From the human T2T-CHM13v2.0 reference genome, Homo sapiens: a stretch of DNA of 64,000 bases. A model generated the notes under the pieces. That model ran no database searches, was not told where the DNA came from, and worked only from the letters and a program-made list of their open reading frames with translations. Each line of letters opens with the position of its first letter. The first letter of the stretch is position 1. Position numbers and translations under genes: made by a program. The stretch lies in the NCBI RefSeq assembly GCF_009914755.1, contig NC_060927.1; one strand, written 5' to 3'. Positions 1 to 13,800 of this stretch are shown piece by piece.

Positions 1-500
1 CATTTAGTGTGTGCTGGGCAGTAGGGCAGAGGAGGGATAAAGGATGAGTCACACAAGCCCTATGGGGGCTCACAGTCCAAGGAAGGAGAGAACATCCACC
101 TGCAGATAAGTGCACAATGCTAGGTGCCTGAAAAGAGGCACAGAGGGGGCTCTAGAAATTGCAGGTGGGAATTCAGAGTCCTGTCCAGCTCAGTGGTGTT
201 GGGAGAGAGGGAAGGGGATGGGAATGGGATGTTAGAAAAGATGTCTGGGAGAAGGTGGCTTTGAATTGGATCAAGTAGGATATACAGGATTTGGTCAGGC
301 AAAGATGTGGAATAATCTAGAGAACAGTGAGCAGGAAGATGAAAAAGGCAGGCAGATACATGAGACTGTGAAGAGGTCAGTTTGGCAGATGCAAAGTACA
401 CAGGGTGTGGTTGGGGTTAGAGAGAGTTGACGCTGGGGAGACAGGTGGTTCCCATTATGAACAGACTTGAGTGTCATTTTATGGACTTTAGATTTGGGAG
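1..500 (-). mobile_element. L2 LINE 3' fragment
   Basis: Antisense L2 3'-region motifs (gctcacagtcca, purine-rich). Confidence 0.55.
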
Positions 501-541
501 ATGCCTATTGTCTGTCTCACTAGATCTAGTCTCCACTCCAC

Positions 542-1020
542 AGTGGTAGACTGTTTGCAAACCCATCCTTAGTTATTCCCCTCCTGGACCCATGCCCCCT
601 TGTGCTGTAACTTTGACTGCTCTCCCACTCTGATTCTGAGCTCTGACATGTAACTTGCTTGGTCAATGGGATGTCAGCAGTTGTCTCTGCATAAGCAGAG
701 ACTTGAAAAATGATTGCGCACTGGTGTTTGTCCTCTCTTGCTGCTCCTGGAATCCTGCTGCCACATGAATGAGCATGCTGAAGGCTAAGAGGCTATGTGG
801 ATGGAGAAGCACTGAAGCTCCCCGTCTGGCACTCAGCCGACCATAGATGCCTGAGTGAGTGCTAGCAGAGGTCAGTGGGGCCTGGCCCAGAGCAGAGGAA
901 CTGCCCAGCTGAGCTCAGCCCAAATTGCCAAGCTGCAGAATTGTGAGCTAAAAAATGGTTGTTGTTTTAACATTCTAAATGTTGGGGTCGTTTATTATGC
1001 AGCAAAAACCAACTGCCATA
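542..1020 (+). mobile_element. MaLR LTR (MLT1G/H-like)
   Basis: gtggtagactg start; ctgcccagctgag and tgttgtttta...tatgcagcaa end. Confidence 0.75.
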
Positions 1021-1125
1021 GGTATAATCCCAGATTCAAAGGATCCAGGTTTAGAGGTCCTGGGATATGGTGGAACATATTTTGCATGTGGGAGGAATGT
1101 GAGCAACTGTGGCTGCAGCACAGAC

Positions 1126-1965
1126 TATAGGTTGAAAACTAGCCACTAGCCGCATATTATTCCCCTCCTCTCAAGTGATAGAATCTATTTTTCTTTTTCT
1201 TTTTTTTTTCTTTCCTTTTTTTTTTTTTATTTGAGATGGAGTCATGCTCTATTGCCCAGGCTGGAGTGCAGTGGTGTGATCTCAGCTCACTACAACCTCT
1301 GCCTCCTGGGTTCAAGTGATTCTCCTGCCTTAGCCTCCTGAATAGCTGGGATCACAGGCATCTGCCACCATGCCCAGCTACTTTTTGTATTTGTAGTAGA
1401 GATGGGGTTTCACCATGTTGGCCAGGCTGGTCTTGAACTCCTGACCTCAGGTGATTGCCCCATCTCAGCCTCCCAAAGTGCTGGGATTACAAGCATGAGC
1501 CACCATGTCCAGCCAGAATCTGTGTTTCTAACCCTTGATTTGGTGATGACCATGTGACTTATTTCATCCAAGTGGACAGAAGCAAGTGTGATGTAGGCAG
1601 AAGTATGAAAAGTGGTTGTACTTTGGGGCTTGCCTGCTTGCTATTCTTGAAACTGTTTGGCTGCTTTGTAAACAAGTCCAGACTAGCACTCTGGAGAGTG
1701 AGAGATCCATGTCAAGAGAGGCCCCTATCTTTCTAACCATCTCCAATAAAGCCATTCTAAAGTGACTGGTCCTAGATAACTCGCCAATCAACTGCAGACA
1801 CATGAGTGAGCCCAGCTGGGATAGCCAAGATCAGCCTACAGCAGACGAGAAGAACTGTCCAGTTGAGCCCAGCTTTAATTGCTGAATTGCTAGACTGAAA
1901 AACCAAGGGCTAAATCAATGGTTATTGTCTTAAGGCACTACATTTTGGAGTGGTTTGTAAAAGAA
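1126..1965 (+). mobile_element. Second MLT1G-like LTR, preceded by a short MaLR-internal 3' end (attttgcatgtgggagg) and split by an Alu
   Basis: MLT1 motifs catgtgactt, catgagtgagcccag, ttttggagtggtttgt. Confidence 0.7.
1187..1514 (-). mobile_element. AluS
   Basis: Full antisense Alu; TSD AGAATCT at 1180-1186 and 1515-1521. Confidence 0.95.
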
Positions 1966-1974
1966 CCCATGCTT

Positions 1975-2310
1975 CCTGCTCTGTAGCCAGGAGGCTGTCC
2001 TGTACAGGTTGCATCAGTGGGTTCCCATGCTCTTTGCCTTTGGCCAGCAAGAAGATATTGAGACCGAGGCATTTGTTTCCCTGATTCTTATCCTGCTGGA
2101 CTGTGGTTTGGCCACAGCCTCTGTCAATGGCTCTGTCCACAGCTCACTTTCAGGGTGCTAGCAATCACTCCTTTCCACGTCTATTCAGGTCCCTGGTGCT
2201 GCCAGCTCTGGGGTTCTTCAACATTCCTCAACACTCCCACACCTTTGTCTCTGCTCCGTTACCCCATTTGCATGGCCACCTGTGTCCCGAAAAGACCCTC
2301 ACTGACTACT
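1975..2310 (+). mobile_element. ERVL LTR (LTR16-like)
   Basis: ggaggctg..ctgta..gcatca; cccacacctttgt; gaccc..actgac end. Confidence 0.6.
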
Positions 2311-3429
2311 TTGTTCTGTGCACAATGAGCAGCTGAAGATTGTCCAGTAAATAGAAACATCCGGTTTAGGAAGAGTGAAACAGAGCTCCTGCTCTAACGG
2401 GTCCTGCTGTGGGCACCCCACAAATGCTGCCTTGGCTTGGGCATTTGGAAAGTCATGCTGGAGAATGAGGCTGCCAAGGAGCAACTTTTCCCAGCTGGCT
2501 CTCAGGAGCCATCTGGATCTTTGCTTTCTGCAGGGAGTAGTCATCACCCCCTTTCCTGCCAATTCCCCTAAGTTAAAGAATAAAAAATGAGCCCTTCCAG
2601 TGCCCCTGGCACCCTTCCTCTCCTTGACAGGATTTTTCTTGAGCACTTTTAGTCAAGCATTAGGCAGCGCATTAAGCAAATCAGGAAGTCAGTTTGGCTC
2701 CAGGACATTTGTTCAAAGGACCACAGCCTTGACCCATCTTTTCCACACAATCACCCATGCAGTTAGGACCCTCCAGTGACAGAACTCCCACCAGTGTCTG
2801 CCTCTGTGCAAGGCCTCATATGGTTAATAATAGTAATAATTAATGGTGGTGGTGGTGATGATGATGATGATGATAAATGGCAAGGCAAACTGAGAATCTG
2901 CCTCTTCCACCACCATGGCTATTACCTTTGACGGAGATGAATTTGGACCTCTGTGTCAAGTTCATACGGGAAGTTTGTAATGGAAGTCAGAGCTGGAATG
3001 AGGAAGCGTTAGTAGGGGTGATATATGTTTCTCATCTAGAAGGGTAGCACTTGGAAGGACATGTATCTCCTCAGTGGTGAGAAGTGTTTGATTCTAGCTA
3101 CTTCAGGGCAGAATCAACCACACACAGCCCAGCTTGGAAGCCCTTTCCACCATTTTTCTCCACTGGCCCAGACACAGGATTAGCTGACCCCTCCCTTTGA
3201 GGGAGCCGCAGGTACTCAGAGTTGCTCTTCCTCTCTTGGTGGAGCAGTTAGAGCCACTTGGGGATGGAAGGCACTGACACTGCACATGTGAGGCTGTCCA
3301 ATGGACAAGACACACTGTGGGACTTGGGAGACTGAGACTTGATTTTTTCCTGAAGAGATAAAGGACAGAATCCAGGTAGGGAAGAAGGGGATTTGGTAAC
3401 ATTTGAAGGGATGTTGAGAGGTTCATGTC

Positions 3430-3632
3430 TGCATTCACCTTTTGGGCAGGACAATTCTTTATTATGTGGTACCACCTTGTACATTCTAGGGTGGATTGTG
3501 TTCCTGATCTCAGTCCACTAAAGGCCAGTAGAGTCTCCCAGTCATTGTGACCATTAGAAATGGCTTATTCCTCTTCCAAGCACTCCTAGGATGGGCTGGA
3601 AGGACAATACCGTGCCTGGTTGAGAAACACTG
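3430..3632 (-). mobile_element. hAT-Charlie MITE (MER20-like)
   Basis: ttttgggcaggacaattcttt and terminal ggttgagaaacactg. Confidence 0.6.
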
Positions 3633-4173
3633 GAGGGAGAGGGCTGCGGGAAGGGAGAAAGAAAGCAGAGAGCTAGGGAAGAAGGGAGATACGTGTGGGA
3701 AAGTTGGATCGCTAGTTTCCAAAGGCCTGGGGTACCCTCTCCTGAGAACTCTCACTCCCTTCTTTGACTCTGTGTGGCACATGACAGTGACAATGACCCC
3801 TGAGTACAGAAATACTTAAACCTTCAGTGGAGACTAGAGAAGATGAGGCAGTGAAGCAGGCGAGGCAGCATTTGGAACAGATAAGGGAAGTCTCCCTGAT
3901 CAGTGATGGCCAGTGGCCTCCATTACCATGGGTTCCTGGGTGCCGAGGATCATCTATCTGAAGGCAAAGTCCTGAGTAGATTGAAGATAAGGTTCATCTC
4001 CTCAGTTTCCCCTAGCTCAGAAGACACAGTCTGAGGGGCAGAGGAAAGGAAGGACCTGGCCCCTGGGTTACAAGTTAAATTAACTCAGACTGATTCCTGC
4101 TGGTCCTGCCAGAAATGTTCTTCCGCCAGGTCTTGCATGGCTGGCTCCTTCTCTTAATTCAGGTCTTTGCTAA

Positions 4174-4781
<608 letters not shown>

Positions 4782-4944
4782 TCTAGTTTATTTTTTTCAA
4801 AGTACTTGTTAGTATCTTATGTTAGATTTTAAAAATTCATTTATTTACCTTTTATATAATTCTGCCCATCAGGGCAGTGGCTTGGTCTGTCACATTCACT
4901 TCTGGCATGTAATATGTGCTCAACGAATGAATAAGTGAATGGAT

Positions 4945-5140
4945 TACTCAGTATGTGCCAGGTGCTGTGCTAAGTAATTTGCGTCCATTGTCTCATGAAA
5001 GTCTCAAGGATTCTTTAAGGTAAGTATTATATCATCTCCATGTTTTGCAGAAACCAAGACTTAGTGAGTTTAAGTAACCCCCCCAAGGTCATATAGCTAT
5101 TCATTAAGTGGTGCAATAGGATTTGATTGACTCAAGTGCC
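4945..5140 (-). mobile_element. MIR
   Basis: tatgtgccagg..gctaag; ttaagtaac..ccaaggtca core. Confidence 0.7.
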
Positions 5141-5327
5141 CACAGTCTTGTAGGAAAACAAATACAAAGATATAAATCATTGTACTATAGGGAAGCAAAT
5201 TCTAAATGTCCCAAGAGAAGAGCTGGATGCAGGACTATGGCAATTTAGGAGGGGACAAGTATTTTCAGTTGAAAGTGGGAATGAATTGGAGGAGGAGGTT
5301 AAATTTGAGCTGAGCCCTGGAGGATAG

Positions 5328-5720
5328 TATGATGGCTAATTTCCTGTGTCAGTTGGCTAGGTTATGGTGTCTAGTTATTTGGTCAAAATTAAATCAGCAG
5401 ACTTTGAGTAAAGATAATCCTCCATAATGTGGATGAGCCTCATTCAATCAGTTGAGGGCCTTAAGGGAAATGTCTGATATTCCCTGACAAAAAAGGAACT
5501 TTGCCTCTAGAGTACCTTTGGACTCAAACTGCAACACCAACTCTTTCCTAGGTCTTCAGCCTACTGTCCTTCCCTGTAGGTTTTGGACTAGCCAGTCCCC
5601 AAAATCACATGAGTCAGTTCTTCAAAATAAATCTCTCTCTCTCTCTCTTTCTCTGTATAGATATATATGCATACACACATCCTACTGGTTCTGTTGCTGT
5701 GGAGAACCCTGACTAACACA
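5328..5720 (+). mobile_element. ERVL LTR (MLT2-like)
   Basis: tgatggctaatt..tgtgtca start; ggagaaccctgactaacaca end. Confidence 0.85.
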
Positions 5721-6127
5721 GATGGACATTTAGGTGTTTAGGTGTGTGGAATTGGGGCAGGGAAAAGAACTGTGAGCAGGAGCTGGAGAGGCGTGGACGG
5801 AGCTGTAGTGATCTGGAGGCTCTGGAGCAGAAGATCACCATAGGGAGGGAAGTGGTGGGGTGGAGACCGCCCTGGACAGGAAGCTGGGGCCAGCATGTGG
5901 AGGGCAGGGAACGCCAGAATAAGGGTTTTAGGAACTCTCATTGTCTTAGGAAGTAGAAGATCCTTGAGTGACAAGGGTAAGACAACAGGGTCCACTCCCC
6001 ATCAAAGGCCTCCGATGCTTCTCTTTCAGCAGGAAATCAACATTCAAGGGGAGACCCAATGAAGAAGATAGTGCCAGAACTTAATGGAGGCAGCCCAAGA
6101 GGAACGTGTACCTGGGGAAGTCAAGAG

Positions 6128-7078
6128 CTATTTCTTGGACATTTGTGCCTCTATTCCAAACTCTTCTCTCAGAGTAGATGACAACTCAGGAAGGAGCCAG
6201 AGATCTTCCTCAGTTGACTTGTTCAGAAATATGATTTGGGATTCAGTCTGGCCCGAAGCCATGCTTCCAGCCTCATCTCCACTGTGCACTTTCCATGGCG
6301 TTCTGTCTTGGTCCACTTGGCTTGTGTAGCTGCCTGGCCTGGGTTGTCCTCCCCACCCTTGTCTGCTTGGTGGCACTTGGCCCTGTTCTAATTGCTTCTG
6401 CTCGGGCAGCTTCTCTCCTCCCTCCTCTGTGCTCTGAGCACACTGGACAGATTCCTGTTAGAGCTGTCACTGTCTTCCTGCTGTCTGCCCACTGACCTTG
6501 GAGCTCCAGGAGGACAGGAGCCTTATCTTACCCCATGACATGGCCTATGCCCAGCCTGGTGCCAACGTGGTCTGGAGGTATCTGTAGGCTGAATGAAATT
6601 CTTCCCTCTGGGATGCCCTTTAAAGTTGTTTTCTTTCTGGAACCTGGGGCAGTGACTGGAATGGTTGGAATGTGGCCTTGGTTTGCCATTGGGTGTTTTG
6701 TTCCTCCGAGCATTGGCTGGACTCTCTGGTGATTTCTGGTCTTGAAGGACTTCCTGTTTTAAATGTCTGTGGGGTTGTGGTTCCCGAGCTGCTGCACTGT
6801 CTCCCATAACCTTTCTCTCTATCCTGGCCTGGTCTCTCTTCCACACCAGAACTTTCCTCTAGATCAATGGTCCAGGACCATCAGAACCAGTGAACCACAC
6901 TCCTGACCATTCTCCAAATAGTCATTTGGCCAAATACGAGGTACGTGGCAGCTCTTTCTTTTCTGGACCCCACTTCACCTCTGAGCAGCTTCCTTCTCCC
7001 AGGAGCTGAAGCTCCCCCACGATGTCTCAATGCCAGGCAGATGCGCTTGACCTTCTGCCTCTTGGGGCCCTCACCAAG
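6128..7078 (-). pseudogene. Putative large (possibly terminal) exon, Q/S/E/G-rich and disordered-like
   Basis: One frame runs about 316 codons with only 5 internal stops; ORFs 6620-6844 and 6128-6376 share this frame. Weak acceptor cccttag at 7079. Confidence 0.4.
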
Positions 7079-7879
7079 CTAAGGGATTTTAAATCATTCA
7101 ACTAATGTATTACAGTGGGAAAGACACCCCACTAAGGGGCTCCACTAAATATCCTTTCCAGTTGATAAGATCATTTTTTTTTAATCCAGCTACAAACTCT
7201 TGAGTTTTAAACCCCATGAGTTATTTACCATACGCTTGTATCCCCTACAGTGATTTTTAAAGTGCCATGGCTGTTTCTCCACTGGCTGTGGAGTGAGCTG
7301 ATGTTACTGCAGGTTGAGGTTGAGCCACTTTGCTTCACCGACAGTTCCAGGAGTCCTTTTGGGCACTGACTGTGGGTCCAGTCCTGAGCTGAGTGCACAG
7401 AGGACGGGGGAGGTTGAGGGAGTCAACACAACTCCGAGGTGTCCTTGTTCTCCAGGGGCTCTAGGTTCTGACCTGCACCCAGCCACAAGCTGACTTGAGT
7501 CAAAAAGTCACAAAGTGTGACTTGGGGTTTCCTATCCCAGGATCTTGGCCAGAGCTTCATTTGGAAGCCCCAGAGACCTGGACCAGACTTGCAGGTAGAC
7601 ATTCACCAATGCGTGATTTGAGGGCTGCTCAAAGGGACCTCCCCACTTCCCACATGGAGCACTCTCGGGATTAGCCATCACCGGAAACTCCTTTCCCGCA
7701 GGACAGAGCCCAGACAACTCATTCTGTCTTCAAAAGCCACCACTGTCTGGCACCAACCCACTTTTCCAAACTCCACCTCCTGCGACTTCAGCCACATGGA
7801 ACAAGCATGGACTGATGTTCTCTATACCTTTCCAACTCCAGCTCTTGGCTTCTGCTCTTTTCTCTGCCAATGAGGCTGT

Positions 7880-8450
7880 GCTGTCTATTACTGAGTAACA
7901 ATATTACCATATACTTAGCACCTTTAAACAATACACACTTATTATCTCATAATTTCTGTGGGTCAAGAATTCAGGTGTGGCTTAGCTGGGTCCTCTGAAA
8001 GGCTGCAATGAAGATGTCAGCCAGGACTGTGGTCTCAATCCAAGCTTCAGCTAGAGAAGGATCTGCTTCCCAACTTCGCATATGTTGGTAAGATTCAGGC
8101 TCTTGCAAGTGATCGGACCAAGGCCCCCAGTTTGTTGTTGGCTGTTGGCTGGAGGCTGCCCTCAGTTTCTAGCTGGTTGTGGGCAGTTGCCTTGAGTTCC
8201 TTGCCACATGAGCCTCCTCAACATGAATGCTTGCTTCTTCAAAGCCGGTGAGAGAGAGGCTCTTCTAATAAGATGGACTGTACAAGCTCACATTATGTAA
8301 TCACAGAAGCAACACCTGTCACCTTTGTTATACTTTATTGCTTAGCATCAAGTCACAATTCCTGCTGATACTCAAAAGGTAGGGATTACATCAGGGCGTG
8401 GGCACCAAGAGGTGGGGATCATGGGGCCACTTTAGCCTCTGTCTCCACCC
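7880..8450 (-). mobile_element. MaLR LTR (MLT1E/F-like)
   Basis: Antisense ttattatctca..ttctgtgggtca, gttccttgccacatg. Confidence 0.8.
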
Positions 8451-8750
8451 ATCTCCTTCTCCCAACCTCCCTGTCCACTCTAGAAACAGCAACCTAGTAA
8501 AATTCATGAAAGCTTCCCTTAGTCACCTCAACCACAGGGCTTTGCTTACATCGTTCTTTAGTACTTCATTCATTTATTCAACAAAATACATATTGAGCAT
8601 CTGCCGTATGCCTGGAGCTAGAGGTAGTATAGTATAATGGTTAAGGCTTCAAGTTCTGGAATCAGAGTCTCTTGTTCCAAATCCTGGGTCTCCACTTCAT
8701 GCTGGGTCTCAATAAACTCATCTCTAAATAACACTAGGAGATTTGTAAGT

Positions 8751-9142
8751 TTGAAGGTTAATTTTATGTGTCAACTTTCCTGGGTCATGGGGTGCCCAGG
8801 TATGGGGTCATACATTATTGTGGGTATTTTTGTAACATTTAATGTTAATCTCATCCAAAATTAATAATAAGGTGAGTGGGCTTTATCCAGTAAGTTGAAG
8901 TCCTGTGTGGAACAAAAGTCTGACCCTCCCCCTAGTAAGAGAGAATTCTTCCTATTTGGTGGCCTTTATCAGAACTTCCTGGTTCTATGGCAGCTGTCAT
9001 CCTTCTGACTTGAACCGGAACATCAGCTCTGCAGATTTTGGACTTGCCAGTCTCCATAACTGTATAAGTCAATTCCTTATACTAAATCTCTTTTTATATA
9101 TCCCCTATTGGTTCTGTTTTTCTGGAGAACTTGACTCATACA
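8751..9142 (+). mobile_element. MLT2 LTR inserted into a MIR
   Basis: ggttaattttatgtgtcaact start; ctggagaac..gactcataca end. Confidence 0.85.
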
Positions 9143-10494
9143 GTTAGGCTAAATGAAATCACACATGTAGAAAACAGCATGGAGCTGGGCTCCTAGTAAG
9201 AAATCAATGAAGATTAAATTTTATTTTAGGGGCTGGAGAACCAGTAATGATTCAGTGGGCTGTTGTCCAGCCTTCATGGAGCCCATGCAGCCTTTCTCAT
9301 GAGTGATTGCGTGTGTGCCGTACCTCCCCAGCAGGGCTCCAGGGACGTGTCTGAGAGCAGATCACACTGTTTGTCTTCTCTGTCACCTGCCTTGCCCCTA
9401 GCTTGGGTCTGGAACACTCAGGGCTTCAGTGACTGGGCGCAGGATGGATGCCCTCCAACCCAACACCCCTTGGCAGTATGCCATCGGCAACAGGGCAAAT
9501 CTACTTGATGCCAGTCCTCACGCCCCCTCCGTGCAGCCAGCCACGCTGGTTTTCCAGCTTCCACATTTGTCATGTAGTGTGCTCAGATGCTCCGTTCTTC
9601 CTCTTCATTCTGTGGATGAGAAATTATGGCCAACCAAGAGTTCTGCCTTCCTCCTTCCGTGCTTGCTGCTTGATGAAAGTGGGTTACTAGTGTGTCATGT
9701 GGATACATTTCTCAGTCTGAGAACACAGGGAGTGGTGCTGAGAGTGAGTGGGCAGAGGGTGAAGGGTGGTGCCTGGGAGGGGAGAGCTAGAGCCTCTGAA
9801 ACCACATGGTGGACATTTGCCTTTGATTGTTTGCTTGCCCGGAATCTGACCTGTGCTCTCCTACGTTGTGAGAATCCTCACTGTGTGCGTCTTACTGGGA
9901 GGCAGGGCTCTGTCATACACAGTGAAAGCCAGAGGCCCAGACTGCCCTTTCTCTAAGTGCTGGCATCCAGGGCCTGGGCACTAAGGCAGATTTGGTTTTA
10001 GGCTGCTGGCTTGGGTTAGTTTAGGATAACTCTGGTTATTTCGGGTTATTGCAGAAGTCCTAGACAGATTGGAGAGATCAGCCCATCAAGTATATGCTGA
10101 TCTGGGGTTCATAGAGAATCCAAAACAGTATACTCTCTGCAGTCAACATTTTCTCAGCTCAGACTTTGCTTCCCAACATCCTTTTATTTCTTTTTTGTAG
10201 GGAAGCTGAGGGAGAGGGTAAAACTGCAATTAGCTGCCTGCCCTTACTGTCTGGGCCTGTACCCAGCTCATCGGGACTGTGTTCGCAGTGTTCACATGGT
10301 AAACGTGTCACCAGGGGCAAACTGCAGCCTCAAAGGCAGGGAGTGGGATAGGAAAACTGGGCTATAAATAAGTCAGAAAAGCAGCTTTTTGAAAAAGGAG
10401 TGGCTACTTACAAAACTTAGGATTCTCGAACTGGAAAGAACCTTAGAAATTTAGAAATGGAATCAGAGTTGGAATCTACCTCAGGAGTTTAGGC

Positions 10495-10950
10495 CAATTA
10501 TGCGAATTCCTTTCTTTTTGGAGTGATTGGCTGAGGCGTGGGAATATGACTTCACCCTAGCCAATGAGATGGAAAGGGGAGCCTGGGAGGACATCTGGGA
10601 ATGTTTCCTTCATTCATAAAAAAAAATACCAAATACTTGCTTTTTCCTATATCTGAGTGCGTTTGTATGAGGGAATGTCACCTGCAGCCGTGGGTGCCAT
10701 CTTGGACCAGGAAGGGGAACCCAAGAAAATCCCAGATAAGCTAACCCGGAACTCACCCAATTTAAAGACTCACCTTCAAGCAGACTTCAAAATCCCGATA
10801 CAATACATTCCTTGACTTTGTCTGACTCCTTCCTGGACACCCCTAAGACTCAGTGGAAGTAGCACTCTCCCTTGCTGAGGTAAGAATAAATACAGTTGTT
10901 TCTTATCAACAGGTTGCTTTGGTGATTTTTGGGGAGCCAGCATTAGACAC
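10495..10950 (+). mobile_element. MLT1J/K-like LTR followed by an ERV1-type LTR 3' fragment (10808-10950)
   Basis: gccaatgagatg, gccatcttg; then aataaa and a ...cattagaca terminus. Confidence 0.55.
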
Positions 10951-11959
10951 CAGCAAACAATAGGAAAAATTAGTGGGATGTTGTCCAGGCTTCATGGAGC
11001 TCATGCAGCCTTTCTCATGAGTGATTACGTGTGTGCTTTACCTCCCCAGAGGGACTCCCTCGTCTCCCTCATTTACTCTGGCTTGTAGGGGAAGATCATG
11101 CTCCAGCCCTTTGAGTTGCCATGTGTCTTCCTTCCACAGTTTCCAAGGGGCCTCCGGGGGCCTGTCTCCTTTCACACTCTCTTGTCTTCTTGCAACTTGG
11201 ACTTTTCTCCCTGGAGCTGGAGAAAGGAGAAGCCATAGAATTGCCTGACCTGCCCACCCCCCACCCTTCCCACCCTTCCCCACCCTCGTTCATGTGATAC
11301 CGTTTCTTTTACTCAAATGCTTTTTTTCTCTCTCCCAATACACAGATGATGGAATATAGGAATACCGGTAGACACATAGGCAGAGATTGCTTTTTCATCC
11401 CAGGAGGCTCAGCATTTTCCCACTCAGTTATTGAGCTTTTACAAGCCGCTGTTCAGGATGGTCAGACTCAGTTTTTTAGCACACCAGTAATTGCTTCTTT
11501 CTTTTTTCTTGGGGAAATTTTAGGCCACACTTTCTGTAGCAGCCCATGCTCCAATTGGACTAGCTGTGGAACAATTAGTTTCATAAATGAATGTGTCTGG
11601 AAAATGGATTCCAAAGTCCTCTGTCTGGTGTGTGACCTTGAGCTGTGTGATCTTGGACGAGTCCCTTTTTTTTTTTTTTTTTTTTTTTTGTGAGCCCAGG
11701 TTCCTCCTCTGTCAAAGAGAGAGTTGGGCTAGATGATCTCCGAGGGCTCTATGGCTCCTTGAGATCCTGCAGTTCATTGATTCTATGCCTCAAGGGGAAA
11801 GCATTTAGAGGGAAATGATTTGTTTTTAATTATAGAAACAAAACACGCTTCTTATTGTAAAAATTAGAACAAGTCAAAAGTATGCAAAACCTAACACATT
11901 GGTGTTCCTTCTTTGCTCCATAAATTCCCCTAGAGAGAGTCTTTTGGGGGCAGTATTTG

Positions 11960-12395
11960 CCAAGAGCACTCAGTGCCTGCTTTTTGATGATGTTGACACC
12001 AATGACTTCCAATTCACTGAGATAACTAAGGGCTGTTTTGAGAAGCAAGTTTGTGTTCTTATCGTTTCCCTTTCCTTTGGAGGAAAATTGCAGAAGTTTT
12101 TTTGTGTTGTTTAAGGGTTGCAAAGCTCTGCTGCCTGTGACCACGCCTATGTCTTTGTCAGAAAATAGGACACATAATCCTGGCCTTAGCCCAAGACTCA
12201 GATTTGTGAGGTGCGTGTCTTCAGGAGGGCCTGTGACCAGGGTGCTGACTGTCCCACAGAGCCATGGGCTAGACACGCAGGTCCAGAGATTAGGTCCTAG
12301 CACAACAATATTGATCTCAGCACTTTAGTCTTCCTATAAACATGAACATTACCTTGTTATGTGTGTCTAAAGTTTTAATCAATTGCAGTTGGACT
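11960..12395 (-). pseudogene. Putative exons ~12353-12395 and ~11960-12152
   Basis: tctctgctacag|...AAG|gtaatg, plus an open ~64-codon block DIGVVTGSRALQPL...LLLKTALSYLSELEVIGVNIIKKQALSAL ending at |gcaaat. Confidence 0.4.
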
Positions 12396-12930
12396 CTGTA
12401 GCAGAGAACTGAGAAAATACCAAGGGTTGGAGAACAACAATGAAAAGCACTTTTATTACCTGCCATTCTGGGGAAGCAGCCCATTAGGGAGACATAGATC
12501 AAGGGCATTGGCCACCAAAGTTCTCAGCCACATGCTTAATCCCTTAGATTACAGCTCATAGCTGCCTCAATGAGGGTCAGACCCGAGGAAGGAAGATAAA
12601 TAGAATCCAGTGTGGCCCCAGGAAATTTGGGCAGGGCCATGCAGATGTGGGTGTGAGGTGAGGCTCAGTGTTGAGGAAGGGGTCGGGCGGGGAGAGTTGT
12701 ATTCAAGGAAGGGGGATGTATTAAACTGTTTCTCCTCACCAGAGAGCAGAGGGAAGGAAGAGAGTAGAAGGCTGATGGGGCATTCTAAGGGTTAGATAGG
12801 GAAACTGATGGAGTGACAGTTGGCTGAACCTGGCCCATGGTGGAGAGCAGGCCAAGCCACACAGCCAGCCCCTGCCTCGATCCTTGAAGGCCCTGGAGAA
12901 GCTCACTGGGGTTAAAGAAGCAGGGGGCAA

Positions 12931-13800
<870 letters not shown>

